NCBI GenBank assembly: GCA_963755915.1
Contig: CAVWLP010000002.1
Location: 4,096,001-4,160,000 of the forward strand
DNA from: an uncultured Phycisphaerales bacterium
GTDB taxonomy: Bacteria > Planctomycetota > Phycisphaerae > Tepidisphaerales > Tepidisphaeraceae
Direction of reading: 5' to 3'
Length of the DNA stretch: 64,000 nt
Position numbers and translations under genes: made by a program. Within the stretch, counting starts at the first letter, position 1; each line of letters opens with the position of its first letter. Shown piece by piece: positions 43,256 to 53,379 of this stretch. The notes under the pieces were generated by a model that saw only the letters and a list, made by a program, of their open reading frames with translations, searched no databases and was not told the origin of the DNA.

Positions 43256-43708
43256 GTGGCTCGTCCGATAACACTAAAGGTGAAACGTCTCGCCCACGGC
43301 CAAGGTCTGCCCCTGCCGACTCGTATGACCGAGCATTCGGCCGGGTTCGACGTCTGCGCCGCCGTCGAGGGCGCGACGAAGATCAAGCCCGGCGAAATCC
43401 GCCTGGTCCCCACGGGATTCGCACTGGCGATCCCCGCCGGTTACGAGGCCCAGATTCGCCCCCGCAGCGGCCTCGCGACGCGCCATGGCATTACCATGAT
43501 CAACACCCCAGGAACCATCGACGCCGACTATCGTGGCGAGCTCCAGGTCCCCCTGATCAATCTCGGAAAATCCGCTTTCACAATCACCCGCGGCATGCGC
43601 ATCGCCCAGATGCTCATCGCGCCTCTGCCGGCCGTCAAACTGATCGAAGTAAAGGAATTGGATGACACCGCCCGCGGAAAGGGCGGCTTCGGGCATACAG
43701 GACACTAA
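43256..43708 (+). CDS. dut: dUTP diphosphatase
   Basis: Motifs SAGFD, QIRPRSGLA, PGTIDADYRGE, RIAQM and RGKGGFGHTG. Confidence 0.96.
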   Translation: MARPITLKVKRLAHGQGLPLPTRMTEHSAGFDVCAAVEGATKIKPGEIRLVPTGFALAIPAGYEAQIRPRSGLATRHGITMINTPGTIDADYRGELQVPLINLGKSAFTITRGMRIAQMLIAPLPAVKLIEVKELDDTARGKGGFGHTGH

Positions 43709-46154
43709 TGGCCAAACGACCCGTCTGGAAATTCGAAATGTTGCAACGAATGCATATCCTCCGGCCGTTGATCCTGTTCGTGCTGACGGCAGTCTGGCTC
43801 TTCCTATTTTTCGCCATCGGAAGCTTTCATCCCACCGACTGGCCCAGCCACGCCGTCTTTCCCTATCCCCCCATCCAAAACGTCTGCGGCCCCGTCGGCG
43901 CATTCATCTCCTACTGGTGCTTCCTCGCCATCGGGCAGGGCGTCTTTCCGCTAATCTTCTTCAGCGGGGTTTGCATCGCTCTGACGTTTTATCACGCCAA
44001 GCTGAGCGATCCCTGGCTGAGAGTCGTCGGCCTGCTGATGATCGCCACTGCCTTCGCCGCCCTCGTGCATCACATCATGCCCGGCTCCGCCTCCGGATTC
44101 CCCGAAGGCCACGGCGGAGTGATCGGAATCGCCACCGCCGCGTTTCTCCAGGAACGCTTTCATTCCGTCGGAACAACCTTGATCCTCCTGGCCGGCATTC
44201 TGATAGGCCTGCTCCTCGCCGCCGATGATCTTGTCCTGCGCACGCCAGGATTCGCCGCCCAGGCATGCACGACCGTCGCAGGGGCCACGCCCAAGGTCAA
44301 ATTCACCTTTCCATCCTTCAATGACATCTTTCGGCGCAAGTCTGTGAAAGCCATCAAGCCGGCGGCATCCCGGTCGTCCTCGCCTCCGAAGTTCGACGAC
44401 GATGACGACGAAGACCTCAAGCCCCCTGTGCTTTTGAAGCCCGACCCCGCAGAAACCAAAGGCGCCAAGGCCGCCCAATTGCAGGCCCTGGATGTCGACG
44501 ACGATGAAACGGAGGAATCGGCGCAGGAAGCGTCCGTTGCCCCGCCGCCGCCCCCGCGTGCCGACATCATCGTCAAGCTCCCCAACATGGTGAAGCCGCG
44601 GCAAACCAGCCCACCGCCGCCACCGCCCAAGGAACTGGGCGAATATCACCTTCCTCAGTGGACGGTCTTGGCTGACGCCGAGCACGGGTTCGCCGAAAGC
44701 CAGGAAAAGTTCGTCCGCGAGAAAGCCGCCATGCTCGAGCAGGCGATGAGGGAATTCAACATCGACGCCCGCGTCGTCGAGATCGACACCGGCCCGGTCA
44801 TCACCATGTATGAGCTCGAGCTGGCGCCCGGAATCAAAGTCTCAGCCATCACCGCCCTCTCAAACGACATCATGCGCGCCTCCGCGCCGAGAGCGTGCGC
44901 ATCGTGGCGCCGGTACCAGGCAAAAATACCGTCGGCATCGAAGCCCCCAACGCCCAAAAGGAAAAAGTCCGCCTGAAGGAATTGATGCAGACCGCCCCGG
45001 ACGCCGCGTCGAAGATGGGCATTCCCCTCTTTCTCGGCAAAGACGCCAGCGGCGAGCCGCTCATCACCGACCTGACTGCCATGCCCCACTGTCTCATCGC
45101 CGGCACCACCGGATCCGGCAAATCGGTTTGCATCAATTCGATCATCATGTCGATTCTCTATCGCCAGCGGCCCGATTACGTGAAGCTGATTCTCGTCGAT
45201 CCGAAAGTCGTGGAAATGGCCCCCTTCAAGGACGTCCCGCACCTCATGTGTCCGATCATCAACGAAGCCGGCCGCGCCACCAGCGTGCTGGAATGGGCCT
45301 GCGAAAAAATGGACGAGCGCTACGAAATCCTAGCCGAAGCCGGCGTGCGGAATCTAAAGGGATACAATGCCCTGACCCGCGAAGAGCTCATCGACCGCTT
45401 CAAACCCGCCTCGCAGGAAGAAGAAGCCAAAATCCCCAAGCACCTGCCCTACATCGTCATCATCATCGACGAGCTGGCCGACCTGATGATGACCAGCGGC
45501 AAGGAAGTGGAAGCATTTATCGTCCGCCTCGCCCAAAAATCGCGCACGGTAGGAATCCACCTGGTCGTCGCAACCCAGCGTCCCCAGGCGAACGTGGTAA
45601 CTGGCCTGATCAAGAGCAACATGCCCAGCCGCATCGCCTTCCGCGTCGCCAGCAAGATGGACAGCCGCATCGTCCTAGATCAAAACGGCGCCGATTTGCT
45701 GCTAGGCCAGGGCGACATGCTATTTTTGCCCCCAGGCAACGGCAAACCAATCCGCGGCCAGGGCACCTTCATCGACGACAAAGAAATGAAGGAGAGCGTG
45801 AAACTGGTCCGCACGCTGGCCGAGGCCCAGTACGAGCCCGAGCTGATGCAAATCCGCGCCGGCACGACAGTGGACGAAGAAGCCGCGAAAGATGACCTCT
45901 TCGATTCAGCGGTCCGCGTAGTCCTGGAAACCAAGCGCGGCAGCGTAAGCCTCCTCCAGCGCCGCCTGACCATAGGCTACAGCCGCGCCAGCCGCCTCAT
46001 CGAAGCGATGGCCGCGTCCGGAATCGTCGGAACCTACAAAGGCAGCCAGGCCCGCGAAGCCCTGATCACGGTAGAAGAATGGGACGCCATGATGGCCGCG
46101 CAAGACGGACGAAGCAACCGGAATGACCGTCTAACCAACCCCCCAATTGTTTAG
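43708..46154 (+). CDS. ftsK: DNA translocase FtsK (frameshift near 44880; possibly another near 46105)
   Basis: 4TM N-terminus, Walker A IAGTTGSGKS, IDELADLMM, ATQRP, LLGQGDML and gamma domain SVSLLQRRLTIGYSRASRLI. Confidence 0.94.
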
Positions 46155-46160
46155 CCGCGA

Positions 46161-46186
46161 CGGCTCGACTGAGCTCGCCGAAGTCC
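46161..46186 (-). repeat. Second copy of the 26757-26782 repeat
   Basis: Reverse complement reads GGACTTCGGCGAGCTCAGTCGAGCCG. Confidence 0.75.
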
Positions 46187-46381
46187 CGCAGGGAAGCGCT
46201 CTTAGACTTTCCCAACCTCTCACTTCCCATGACCAAGAATGAGCCGGGCCGTCCCCGGCTCGAACGATTTCCGGGCGCGCGAAGCACTGATCACGGCCGA
46301 AGAGAGCGGGATTAACGTTTAACAATTAATTGTGACAGAGTGTCGACCTCGGTATAGTCCATTGCGCTTTACCGCGTGGAC

Positions 46382-46981
46382 ATGGAAACGACACTAAGAT
46401 CATTGACGCCGGCCGACGTCCAAAAGCGAGTTGACGAGTTTGAGCAGAGCCAAGCCGATTCCGATGCCGACAGAGTCGTCGGCGCAATCTTCATACAGTG
46501 GCCGGCCAATACAAACCTCTGCGAAATTCTCGCCAAGGTTGTCATTCTTAATCAATTCTACAATACCAACATTCGTAATCCCCTCGCCGTCGCAAAGCAC
46601 ATCTTGGATCTGAAGATCGATCATCAGCTGGAAGAAGGCGAGCCCACGTTGGTTGACGCGGTTGCCCGAGTCAAGTTCAGTGATAAGACACGTCTGTTGT
46701 TTTCATTCGCGACAAAATATTGTGCTTGGCATCAACCCGACAAATTTCAAATCTTCGACCGTTACGTGGCCCGTGTATTGTGGACTTATCGACAGGCACT
46801 CGGCGAATTTCGCCGCGAAGATTTGCGCACCTACACCAAGTTTGCCGAGGTCGTGACGAACTTCTGTAAGTCCTTCAAACTCGAAAGTTGCTCGCGCAAG
46901 AATCTCGATAAATTCCTATGGATTGAAGGCAAGAGCCTCGAAGCAGCGGACGGCTCGACCTATGCTGGCTCCGATGAATGA
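46382..46981 (+). CDS. Hypothetical protein, possibly HhH/DNA-glycosylase-like
   Basis: Lower-GC ORF of about 200 aa with the conserved-looking motifs FYNTNI, FSFATKYCAWH-PD and LDKFLW. The fold assignment is a guess. Confidence 0.65.
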   Translation: METTLRSLTPADVQKRVDEFEQSQADSDADRVVGAIFIQWPANTNLCEILAKVVILNQFYNTNIRNPLAVAKHILDLKIDHQLEEGEPTLVDAVARVKFSDKTRLLFSFATKYCAWHQPDKFQIFDRYVARVLWTYRQALGEFRREDLRTYTKFAEVVTNFCKSFKLESCSRKNLDKFLWIEGKSLEAADGSTYAGSDE

Positions 46982-47310
46982 ACATCCTGAGCAACGGCGT
47001 CCCAAAGTCCTGAGAACCTGTCCTTAACGTAAGCATCAAGGGGTTCACCGAATTCTTTCGGCAACTTTAGTGCTCGAATCAATTCCTGCACATCAGCCAA
47101 ATCCATCAGCCGCCCGGGATTACTCATGCCAGAGGCGAGTTTCAATTCGATCAGTTTTTCGAGTTGCAGATAGCGGACGCCGTCGATCTCGACGGTTGAA
47201 GCCAAGGGGTCGGGAAGGCCACGGGCTTCGGTTTGCCGTCCCCGGGAAATTCCCCGGAGATGAGAAATCTGACCCGCACCCCAGTTTCGGTATGGCGGAA
47301 AGCGCGGCTC
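46960..47310 (-). pseudogene. C-terminal fragment of a nucleotidyltransferase-like protein
   Basis: Joined frames read FRHTETGVRVRFLISGEFPGDGKPKPVAFPDP...LIELKLASG...RLMDLADVQELI. No plausible N-terminal half or start codon is present. Confidence 0.55.
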
Positions 47311-47446
47311 GGAGAAGCTATAGGGCAGTATTCCCACAGCTTCATCGAGGCAAAAGCAGCCTCAAACTCCACCCATCTTACCCCCTCCCCGCCGACCGCG
47401 ACATCCGAGCAGAAGTTAGCAGACACTATCCAAAATCCCAAAAGTG

Positions 47447-48969
47447 CAATATTGTCCGGGACTTCCGCGTCTTAGAGCTGGGATTTTTCGGGTTTTCACT
47501 CGAAAGGCTGCGTTGCCTCGATGGGCAACGGCGTGGAAGGTTCAGCGCTGCTCCTGCAGCGCATGCCGCGGCGTTCACCGGCGGCCGGACAACAAAAACC
47601 CCCGGTGACTTACTTGACGATTTTTTCAGCCTTCTTCCGTGCCACACGCTGACGCTGCAGCTCGCATTCCCGTTCTCGGCGCTGCAGGATGGGAATAATC
47701 TCTTGCAACGTGGCCCCTCCCGCGGCGACCAGGCTCAGCATCGCGTAGGCATATTTGCTCACCGGACGCTGCGTGTGCAGATAGATCAACAGCACCCCGA
47801 TGACCGCGATGTAGAACCCGGTGGTGACGCCGTTTTTGCTGTGGCTGGTGAGATGGCGGAAGTGGGCGTGCACTTTCAGCCAGCGGAAAAACAGCTCGAT
47901 CTTCCATCGCCAGCGGTAGAGCAGACCGATGACATGGGCGGGAATGTTAAGAAGATTGGTCAGCAGCCGCAGGGGCCTGTCGGGTTTGTCCGGGTCGAAG
48001 ATCGTCACTTCCCGAAGCCATTTTCCCGCCGGAGGAGCAAAGCGTGGCCCTTCTGAGCCCAGGTATCCGATCCGGTCGCTGAGAATGCCGGCAGCGCGGT
48101 CTTCATCGCTCAGCGGCAGGGACTTGGGGGTCAAGTCATTGTTTTCGATGGGAATGAAATAGTTGTTTGACTTGAGCCGGAGCACAAAATCGCTGCAGGC
48201 ATGTACGATCCGCTCCAGCAGCTCAAAACAGACGTAGCCGCGGTCCATGACGTAAATCTGTCCCGGCTCCAGGGACTGCATCAGCGCCTGCGCCTCGGAG
48301 CATCCCGCGCCGCTGATCGTCACTCCCTCGGGAACCCCCACGCCCGCCGCCCATTGAAGATTCAGGCGAATCGTGTCCATGGGCTTTCCGTTGGGTCGAC
48401 TTTGATGCAGCGCCCAGGCCACGTCGGCGGCAACGGTGAACAGCGACCCATCCACCACCCGTACCCGCTCGGTCAACTCCGCCAGCTTCGGATCGCCGTG
48501 ACGCAGGTGCGGCAGCCGCGCCCGCAACTCCTCGATGATCGGCTCCAGCAGCGTCGGATCGAACAGGGCGTTGGCATCGGAAAGCGTGGAACGCGGCAGG
48601 CGATCGACCGAAAGCTGCTCCTGCATCTGCTCGGTCTGGCTGAAATCCTCCATCGTCCGCAGGCTGCGAATCGCCGGCGTGAAAAACGCCAGCAGATAGG
48701 CAAGGGTCACATCGTCATAAAAAAGCGTGCGATTGGGGTGGGGATGCGCCGCCCGCAGGCGGGCCAGATGATCCTGCAAAATACCGACGTACTTGCCGCC
48801 GAACAAATCCTCCCCCCGCACCGCCGGCCGCGGCTTTCGTCCCGGCTTGGCGGGCAATCCAGAAGCTGGGCAAAGGTCCGCGTGCACGTGGCGGCAGTGA
48901 ACCACAAAACGCTGCTTCGCGCAAGCGCAAGATTGTGTTATTTGTGAGCCTGCGTTCCGGACACTATTG
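47447..48969 (-). mobile_element. Complete IS4-family insertion sequence (1523 bp)
   Basis: 16-bp IRs CAATATTGTCCGGGAC / CAATAGTGTCCGGAAC (14/16). Perfect 9-bp target duplication CCAAAAGTG at 47438-47446 and 48970-48978. Confidence 0.93.
47610..48905 (-). CDS. IS4-family DDE transposase
   Basis: Motifs STLSDAN, VVDGS, VMDRGY and the YREK signature LYRWRWKIELFFRWLK. Start codon uncertain. Confidence 0.93.
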   Translation of the reverse strand: MVHCRHVHADLCPASGLPAKPGRKPRPAVRGEDLFGGKYVGILQDHLARLRAAHPHPNRTLFYDDVTLAYLLAFFTPAIRSLRTMEDFSQTEQMQEQLSVDRLPRSTLSDANALFDPTLLEPIIEELRARLPHLRHGDPKLAELTERVRVVDGSLFTVAADVAWALHQSRPNGKPMDTIRLNLQWAAGVGVPEGVTISGAGCSEAQALMQSLEPGQIYVMDRGYVCFELLERIVHACSDFVLRLKSNNYFIPIENNDLTPKSLPLSDEDRAAGILSDRIGYLGSEGPRFAPPAGKWLREVTIFDPDKPDRPLRLLTNLLNIPAHVIGLLYRWRWKIELFFRWLKVHAHFRHLTSHSKNGVTTGFYIAVIGVLLIYLHTQRPVSKYAYAMLSLVAAGGATLQEIIPILQRRERECELQRQRVARKKAEKIVK

Positions 48970-48976
48970 CCAAAAG

Positions 48977-49006
48977 TGTCAGATTTTGTCAGATTCTGTC
49001 AGATCC
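48977..49006. repeat. Three tandem 10-bp repeats TGTCAGAT(TT/TC/CC)
   Basis: Read directly between the IS4 end and aroB. Confidence 0.85.
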
Positions 49007-49063
49007 GCCCCCAAAATGAACCCCCAAATGACGAATTCACCCCATCCCATTACAATTCCCCTC

Positions 49064-50143
49064 ATGCCCTCCGTCCCCGTCCAGCTTTCCAGCGGCTCGT
49101 ACCGCATCACCATTGAACCAGGCCTTCTGGCCCGCCTGGGCCAGGAATTGCGAGTCCTCAGCAAATCACCCAAAGCCTGCATCATCACCGAATCCCACGT
49201 CGCCGAATTGCACCTTGGGGGGATGGAACGATCCCTCCAATCCGCCGGTTTCGAGACAATCTCCGCGACCCTGCCCGCTGGCGAGCAGCACAAGACCCTT
49301 CCGATGCTCCTCCCGGTCTACGATCGCTTCCTCTCAGCCAAGATCGAGCGATCGACCCCAATCGTCGCCTTCGGTGGGGGGGTCGTTGGCGACATGGCAG
49401 GCTTTCTCGCGGCCACGATTCTGCGCGGCGTGCCGTTCGTCCAGGCCCCCACGACCCTGCTCGCAATGGTCGACGCCAGCGTCGGCGGGAAGACGGGGGT
49501 GGATCATGCCATGGGGAAAAATCTCATCGGCGCCTTTCATCAGCCGATCGCCGTGCTGGCCGATCCGGAGCTTCTGCGGACGCTGCCCAAAAAGGAACTG
49601 CAGGGCGGACTCGCCGAATGCATCAAGCATGATCTGATCCGTGACGCGGCGGCCGTCGAGAAACTGCCCGAGATGATCGACAAGGCCCTGAAGCTCGAAA
49701 TGTCGGCGCTGACGGAACTGGTCGCCCACAACGTCGCCATCAAGGCCCGCATCGTCGAAGCCGATCCATTCGAAAAGGGAGAGCGAGCGCATTTGAATTT
49801 CGGCCACACCTTCGGCCACGCGATCGAATCGGTTTCCGGCTTCGCCTATTCCCACGGCCAGTCCGTCGCCCTGGGAATGTGCGCCGCCTCGTTCGTCTCC
49901 CACAAGCTCGGGAATATCTCGGAAAACGACTACCGGCGCATCGTTTCAACAATCGCCGCCGCGGGATTGCCGACAGGTGGAATGACCCTGGACGCGCAGA
50001 AAGTATTTGATGCAATGGCATTCGATAAAAAGGTCAAAGAGGGTCGCATCTGGCTCGTGCTTCTTGAGCGCATTGGCAGGGCGATGGTGCGGGACGACGT
50101 GAAATCCGAAATGATCCTCGAAGCGATCAACACTCTGCGCTGA
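49064..50143 (+). CDS. aroB: 3-dehydroquinate synthase
   Basis: Motifs GEQHK, GGGVVGDMAGF, PTTLLAMVDASVGGKTG, KNLIGAFHQP and LNFGHTFGHAIE. Confidence 0.96.
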   Translation: MPSVPVQLSSGSYRITIEPGLLARLGQELRVLSKSPKACIITESHVAELHLGGMERSLQSAGFETISATLPAGEQHKTLPMLLPVYDRFLSAKIERSTPIVAFGGGVVGDMAGFLAATILRGVPFVQAPTTLLAMVDASVGGKTGVDHAMGKNLIGAFHQPIAVLADPELLRTLPKKELQGGLAECIKHDLIRDAAAVEKLPEMIDKALKLEMSALTELVAHNVAIKARIVEADPFEKGERAHLNFGHTFGHAIESVSGFAYSHGQSVALGMCAASFVSHKLGNISENDYRRIVSTIAAAGLPTGGMTLDAQKVFDAMAFDKKVKEGRIWLVLLERIGRAMVRDDVKSEMILEAINTLR

Positions 50144-50276
50144 CATGTCTGAGGCAACCGCGACGACAATATCCAATGTAAAACCCCGGCGATGGCGGCT
50201 TCGCCGATGGGTGGGCTTGGTGCGAATCTGCTCCGGTTGGAATAGCCCATGTACGTGATTTAAATATCTTTCGAGG

Positions 50277-50316
50277 CCCTCACCCCAACCCTCTCCCGGA
50301 ATACCGGGAGAGGGGG
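50277..50316 (+). repeat. Intact intergenic palindromic repeat (PSPGVPG family)
   Basis: CCCTCACCCCAA leader followed by the hairpin CCCTCTCCCGG-AATA-CCGGGAGAGGG. Confidence 0.85.
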
Positions 50317-50342
50317 TAAAAGGGCTGCAGAGGAAAAGTCTT

Positions 50343-51506
50343 GTGGCGCTGAAACATTGGCTTCAACTCGCCCTCACCGACGGCATCGGACCGATCCTCA
50401 CTTCGCGGCTAGTTGCGCTTGCAGGCAGCGCCGAGGCCGCATGCGGCGCGGACCTCGCCATGCTTCGCGCGGTCGATGGCATCGACTCAAAGTCGCAGAA
50501 GATTCTCGAATCCCTGCGCCACGCGGCAGGTGAAGTTGACGCCGAACTCCAGCGAGCGAAAGAAGCCGGCGTTTCGCTGATATCGTTGGATGACGAAAAC
50601 TATCCGATCATTTTGAAGGCGATTTCCGACCCGCCGACTGTGCTCTGGGTGCGCGGCAATTTCGAGCCCCGGGATTTGAACGGCGTCGCGATCGTCGGCA
50701 GCCGCCGGTGCTCGCATTATGGAAGGGAGCAGGCCGAACGCTTCGGCGGGCTGCTCGCGCAAGCAGGATTCACCATCGTCAGCGGCGGCGCCAGAGGGAT
50801 CGATTCGGCCGCGCATCGCGGCGCGCTGGCATTGCCCACTGGCCGAACGATCGCGGTGCTAGGATGCGGGGTCGATGTCGCCTATCCGCCGGAAAATGAC
50901 GCGCTCTTTGGCCAGATCGCCGGAAGGGGGGCGGTGGTCAGCGAGTTTCCGCTTTCCACGCCGCCGGCGCGCGAAAATTTTCCGCGCAGGAACCGGATCA
51001 TCAGCGGATTGTCGCGCGGCGTTTTGGTCGTGGAGGCCGATGTGGCCAGCGGAGCGCTGATTACCGCGCGGCTGGCGTGCGATTCGCATAATCGCCCGGT
51101 GATGGCCATTCCGGGGCGCATCGACAATGCGATGTCAGCGGGGCCGCATGCGCTGATTCGCGATGGGGCGGTGCTTGTGAGCGGGATTACCGATGTGGTG
51201 GAGAATTTGGGGCCGCTGCCGGAGGGAGTAGCGGCGCCAATCGAGATTCTACCCCTTCCCCAGCCCTCCCCCGGATTACCAGGGGCGGCGGGAGATACCG
51301 GAAATACCGCACTGGGCGAGCGTCAGCGGCGCATTCTTGAGGGGATTGGGGATGAGCCAACCGCATTGGACGTGATTATCGAGCGATGCGATTTGCCGGC
51401 GGAGCTCGTCATGCAGGAATTGACCATGCTGAGTCTTCGCGGCCTGGTGAAGCGCCTGGAAGGCCAGGTGTATGTATGCAGCGGAGGCGCAAAAACTCGT
51501 GTATAA
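50343..51506 (+). CDS. dprA: DNA-processing protein DprA
   Basis: Motifs VAIVGSR, IVSGGARGIDSAAH, FPRRNRIISG and SGALITA, plus a C-terminal winged helix. Confidence 0.95.
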   Translation: MALKHWLQLALTDGIGPILTSRLVALAGSAEAACGADLAMLRAVDGIDSKSQKILESLRHAAGEVDAELQRAKEAGVSLISLDDENYPIILKAISDPPTVLWVRGNFEPRDLNGVAIVGSRRCSHYGREQAERFGGLLAQAGFTIVSGGARGIDSAAHRGALALPTGRTIAVLGCGVDVAYPPENDALFGQIAGRGAVVSEFPLSTPPARENFPRRNRIISGLSRGVLVVEADVASGALITARLACDSHNRPVMAIPGRIDNAMSAGPHALIRDGAVLVSGITDVVENLGPLPEGVAAPIEILPLPQPSPGLPGAAGDTGNTALGERQRRILEGIGDEPTALDVIIERCDLPAELVMQELTMLSLRGLVKRLEGQVYVCSGGAKTRV

Positions 51507-51611
51507 TCCGCGGCCATGAACAGCCCGGTGCGGTTGTCCCGGAGGACGGGGGCATCACAAAAAAAGGGAAAAGCGAAAGTCAGATCCGAACGCAACGGGG
51601 AGGCCGGTTCG

Positions 51612-52661
51612 ATGCGCGCGGTAGATCCGCTGCGCGTCGGCTTGTGTGGAATCGGGCGAGCGGGATTGGGAATGGTCCATCGCGATTTTTTGCGGATGCC
51701 CTATGTGAAGGTGGTCGCCGCGTATGACCTGCTGGGGGAGCGCCGCCAGGAACTTTCGCATTTATGCGGTTCGAAATGTTGCGAAAGTTTTGCGCAGTTA
51801 TTGAGAGAACGGGACGTGGAACTCGTGATCGTCGCAACGCGGTCGAGCGAGCACGTCGCGATGGCAATTGAGGCGATGAAGGCCGGCAAGGACGTCCTGA
51901 TCGAGAAGCCGATGGCCATCGATCTGCGGGGCGCGGACCAGTTGATCTCGGCGGCCAAGAAATTGAAACGGCGGCTATACGTCCGGCAAAACCGTCGCTT
52001 CGATCTACCCTTTCTCCAAGCCATGGAAATCGTCGCCAGCGGAAAACTGGGACAACTTTTCGCGGTCCAGCTTCGCCAGGGGAATTATCAACGCCGGGCG
52101 GATTGGCAAACCCTCAAAAAATTCGGCGGCGGACAACTGCTGAACTGGGGCCCGCATCTCGTGGACTGGGCGATGCAACTGGTCGGCGGAAAGGCGCAGG
52201 ATGTATGGGCGGAGCTAAATCGCATCACCTCAGCCGGGGATGCTGAAGATTACGTGAAGTTGATGATCCGCGGTGCCGGCGGCATCGTGGCCGATATTGA
52301 GATATGCGGGGCCGCCAGTATCTCTCAGCCGGCGTGGATTCTGATGGGAACCCAGGGAACGCTGGTTATCGATCGCCAAAACCAGTGTCACCTGAGGTAT
52401 TTCGATTCCCGGAAGTTGCGGAAGATTCAGGCCAGCGACCGGACCCCAAGCGGGTCAAACCGGATGCGATACACGGTAAGCGATGAAATCGAGTGGATCG
52501 ACGAAAAATTTCTCGCCGCCCCGGCGCAGCCCCGCAACTTCTGGCAGGAATTGCACGCGTCGGTTCGGCGGGGGAAGGCGTTTGAGGTAACGCTGGAGCA
52601 GGTTCGCGAGAATATGCGGGTGATCGACTTGGCAAAGAAACAGTCGGGATTTTATAGTTGA
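51612..52661 (+). CDS. Gfo/Idh/MocA-family oxidoreductase
   Basis: Motifs GLCGIGRAG, VLIEKPM, QNRRF and GGGQLLNWGPHLVD. Start is 51612 or 51516. Confidence 0.9.
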   Translation: MRAVDPLRVGLCGIGRAGLGMVHRDFLRMPYVKVVAAYDLLGERRQELSHLCGSKCCESFAQLLRERDVELVIVATRSSEHVAMAIEAMKAGKDVLIEKPMAIDLRGADQLISAAKKLKRRLYVRQNRRFDLPFLQAMEIVASGKLGQLFAVQLRQGNYQRRADWQTLKKFGGGQLLNWGPHLVDWAMQLVGGKAQDVWAELNRITSAGDAEDYVKLMIRGAGGIVADIEICGAASISQPAWILMGTQGTLVIDRQNQCHLRYFDSRKLRKIQASDRTPSGSNRMRYTVSDEIEWIDEKFLAAPAQPRNFWQELHASVRRGKAFEVTLEQVRENMRVIDLAKKQSGFYS

Positions 52662-52797
52662 GCCTGCATAAATCGACAAAAGGTAAGGATTTTTGTGCTA
52701 ACCAAATCGGTTTGAGTGGAACTAATATTGATGGGGACGCCCCTGGGGGGCTGGTTCCCGAGGCTCCTTTTCAGGTTGCGTGTTTTGGAGTGTGAAT

Positions 52798-53379
52798 ATG
52801 ATTCGAATACTTGGCGTGCTGGTTGGGGCGTTTTGCCTGATGGGGGTGATCGGGTGCTCGCAATATGTGGATGGGTATGAGTACACCCCGCGGCCGGCAC
52901 TGGCGCAAATCCCCGCGACCCAGCCCAACCAGAGTCCGCCGGTAACGGCCAACGTCTATGTCGCGGGGGTAAGGTACGAGGATCAGGACAACCAGATTCC
53001 CCCATCGATCGAGATTCGGATGAGCGTCGATAACACCGGGTCCGATCCGGTTTGGCTCAATCCGCAGGATTTGAATCTGACCAATGCGCAGATGCTCCAG
53101 TTCATGCCCGCGATTGTCCGCCCGCCGACGACCATCACTGTTGGCCCCATGCAGTCGGCCTACATCACGGCCTACTTTCCGTTTCCGCCCGGCGCATCAT
53201 GGGACAACACCGACCTGAGCACACTAAGGCTTCGCTGGCGGATGCAGATCGGATCCCGCCCAGTGGCGCAAATCGTGTATTTCAATCGGGTTCCAACCGC
53301 TTATTACGATCCATACTGGTATGCACCCGGCCCGCCCTGGGGGTATTATGGCGGGGTTGTGATCGTACACCGCTGGTAA
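52798..53379 (+). CDS. Hypothetical lipoprotein
   Basis: Signal peptide ending VIGC, a beta-rich body and a Tyr/Trp/Pro-rich tail. Confidence 0.75.
   Translation: MIRILGVLVGAFCLMGVIGCSQYVDGYEYTPRPALAQIPATQPNQSPPVTANVYVAGVRYEDQDNQIPPSIEIRMSVDNTGSDPVWLNPQDLNLTNAQMLQFMPAIVRPPTTITVGPMQSAYITAYFPFPPGASWDNTDLSTLRLRWRMQIGSRPVAQIVYFNRVPTAYYDPYWYAPGPPWGYYGGVVIVHRW

Noticed and set aside
42608-43708. CoaB without CoaC as a novelty
   Set aside because: Split coaB and coaC genes are known in several lineages, and adjacency to dut is the usual synteny.
40133-46154. Programmed frameshifting or pseudogenisation of tsaD and ftsK
   Set aside because: No slippery heptamers are present at the breaks, and the indel type matches the window-wide error pattern.
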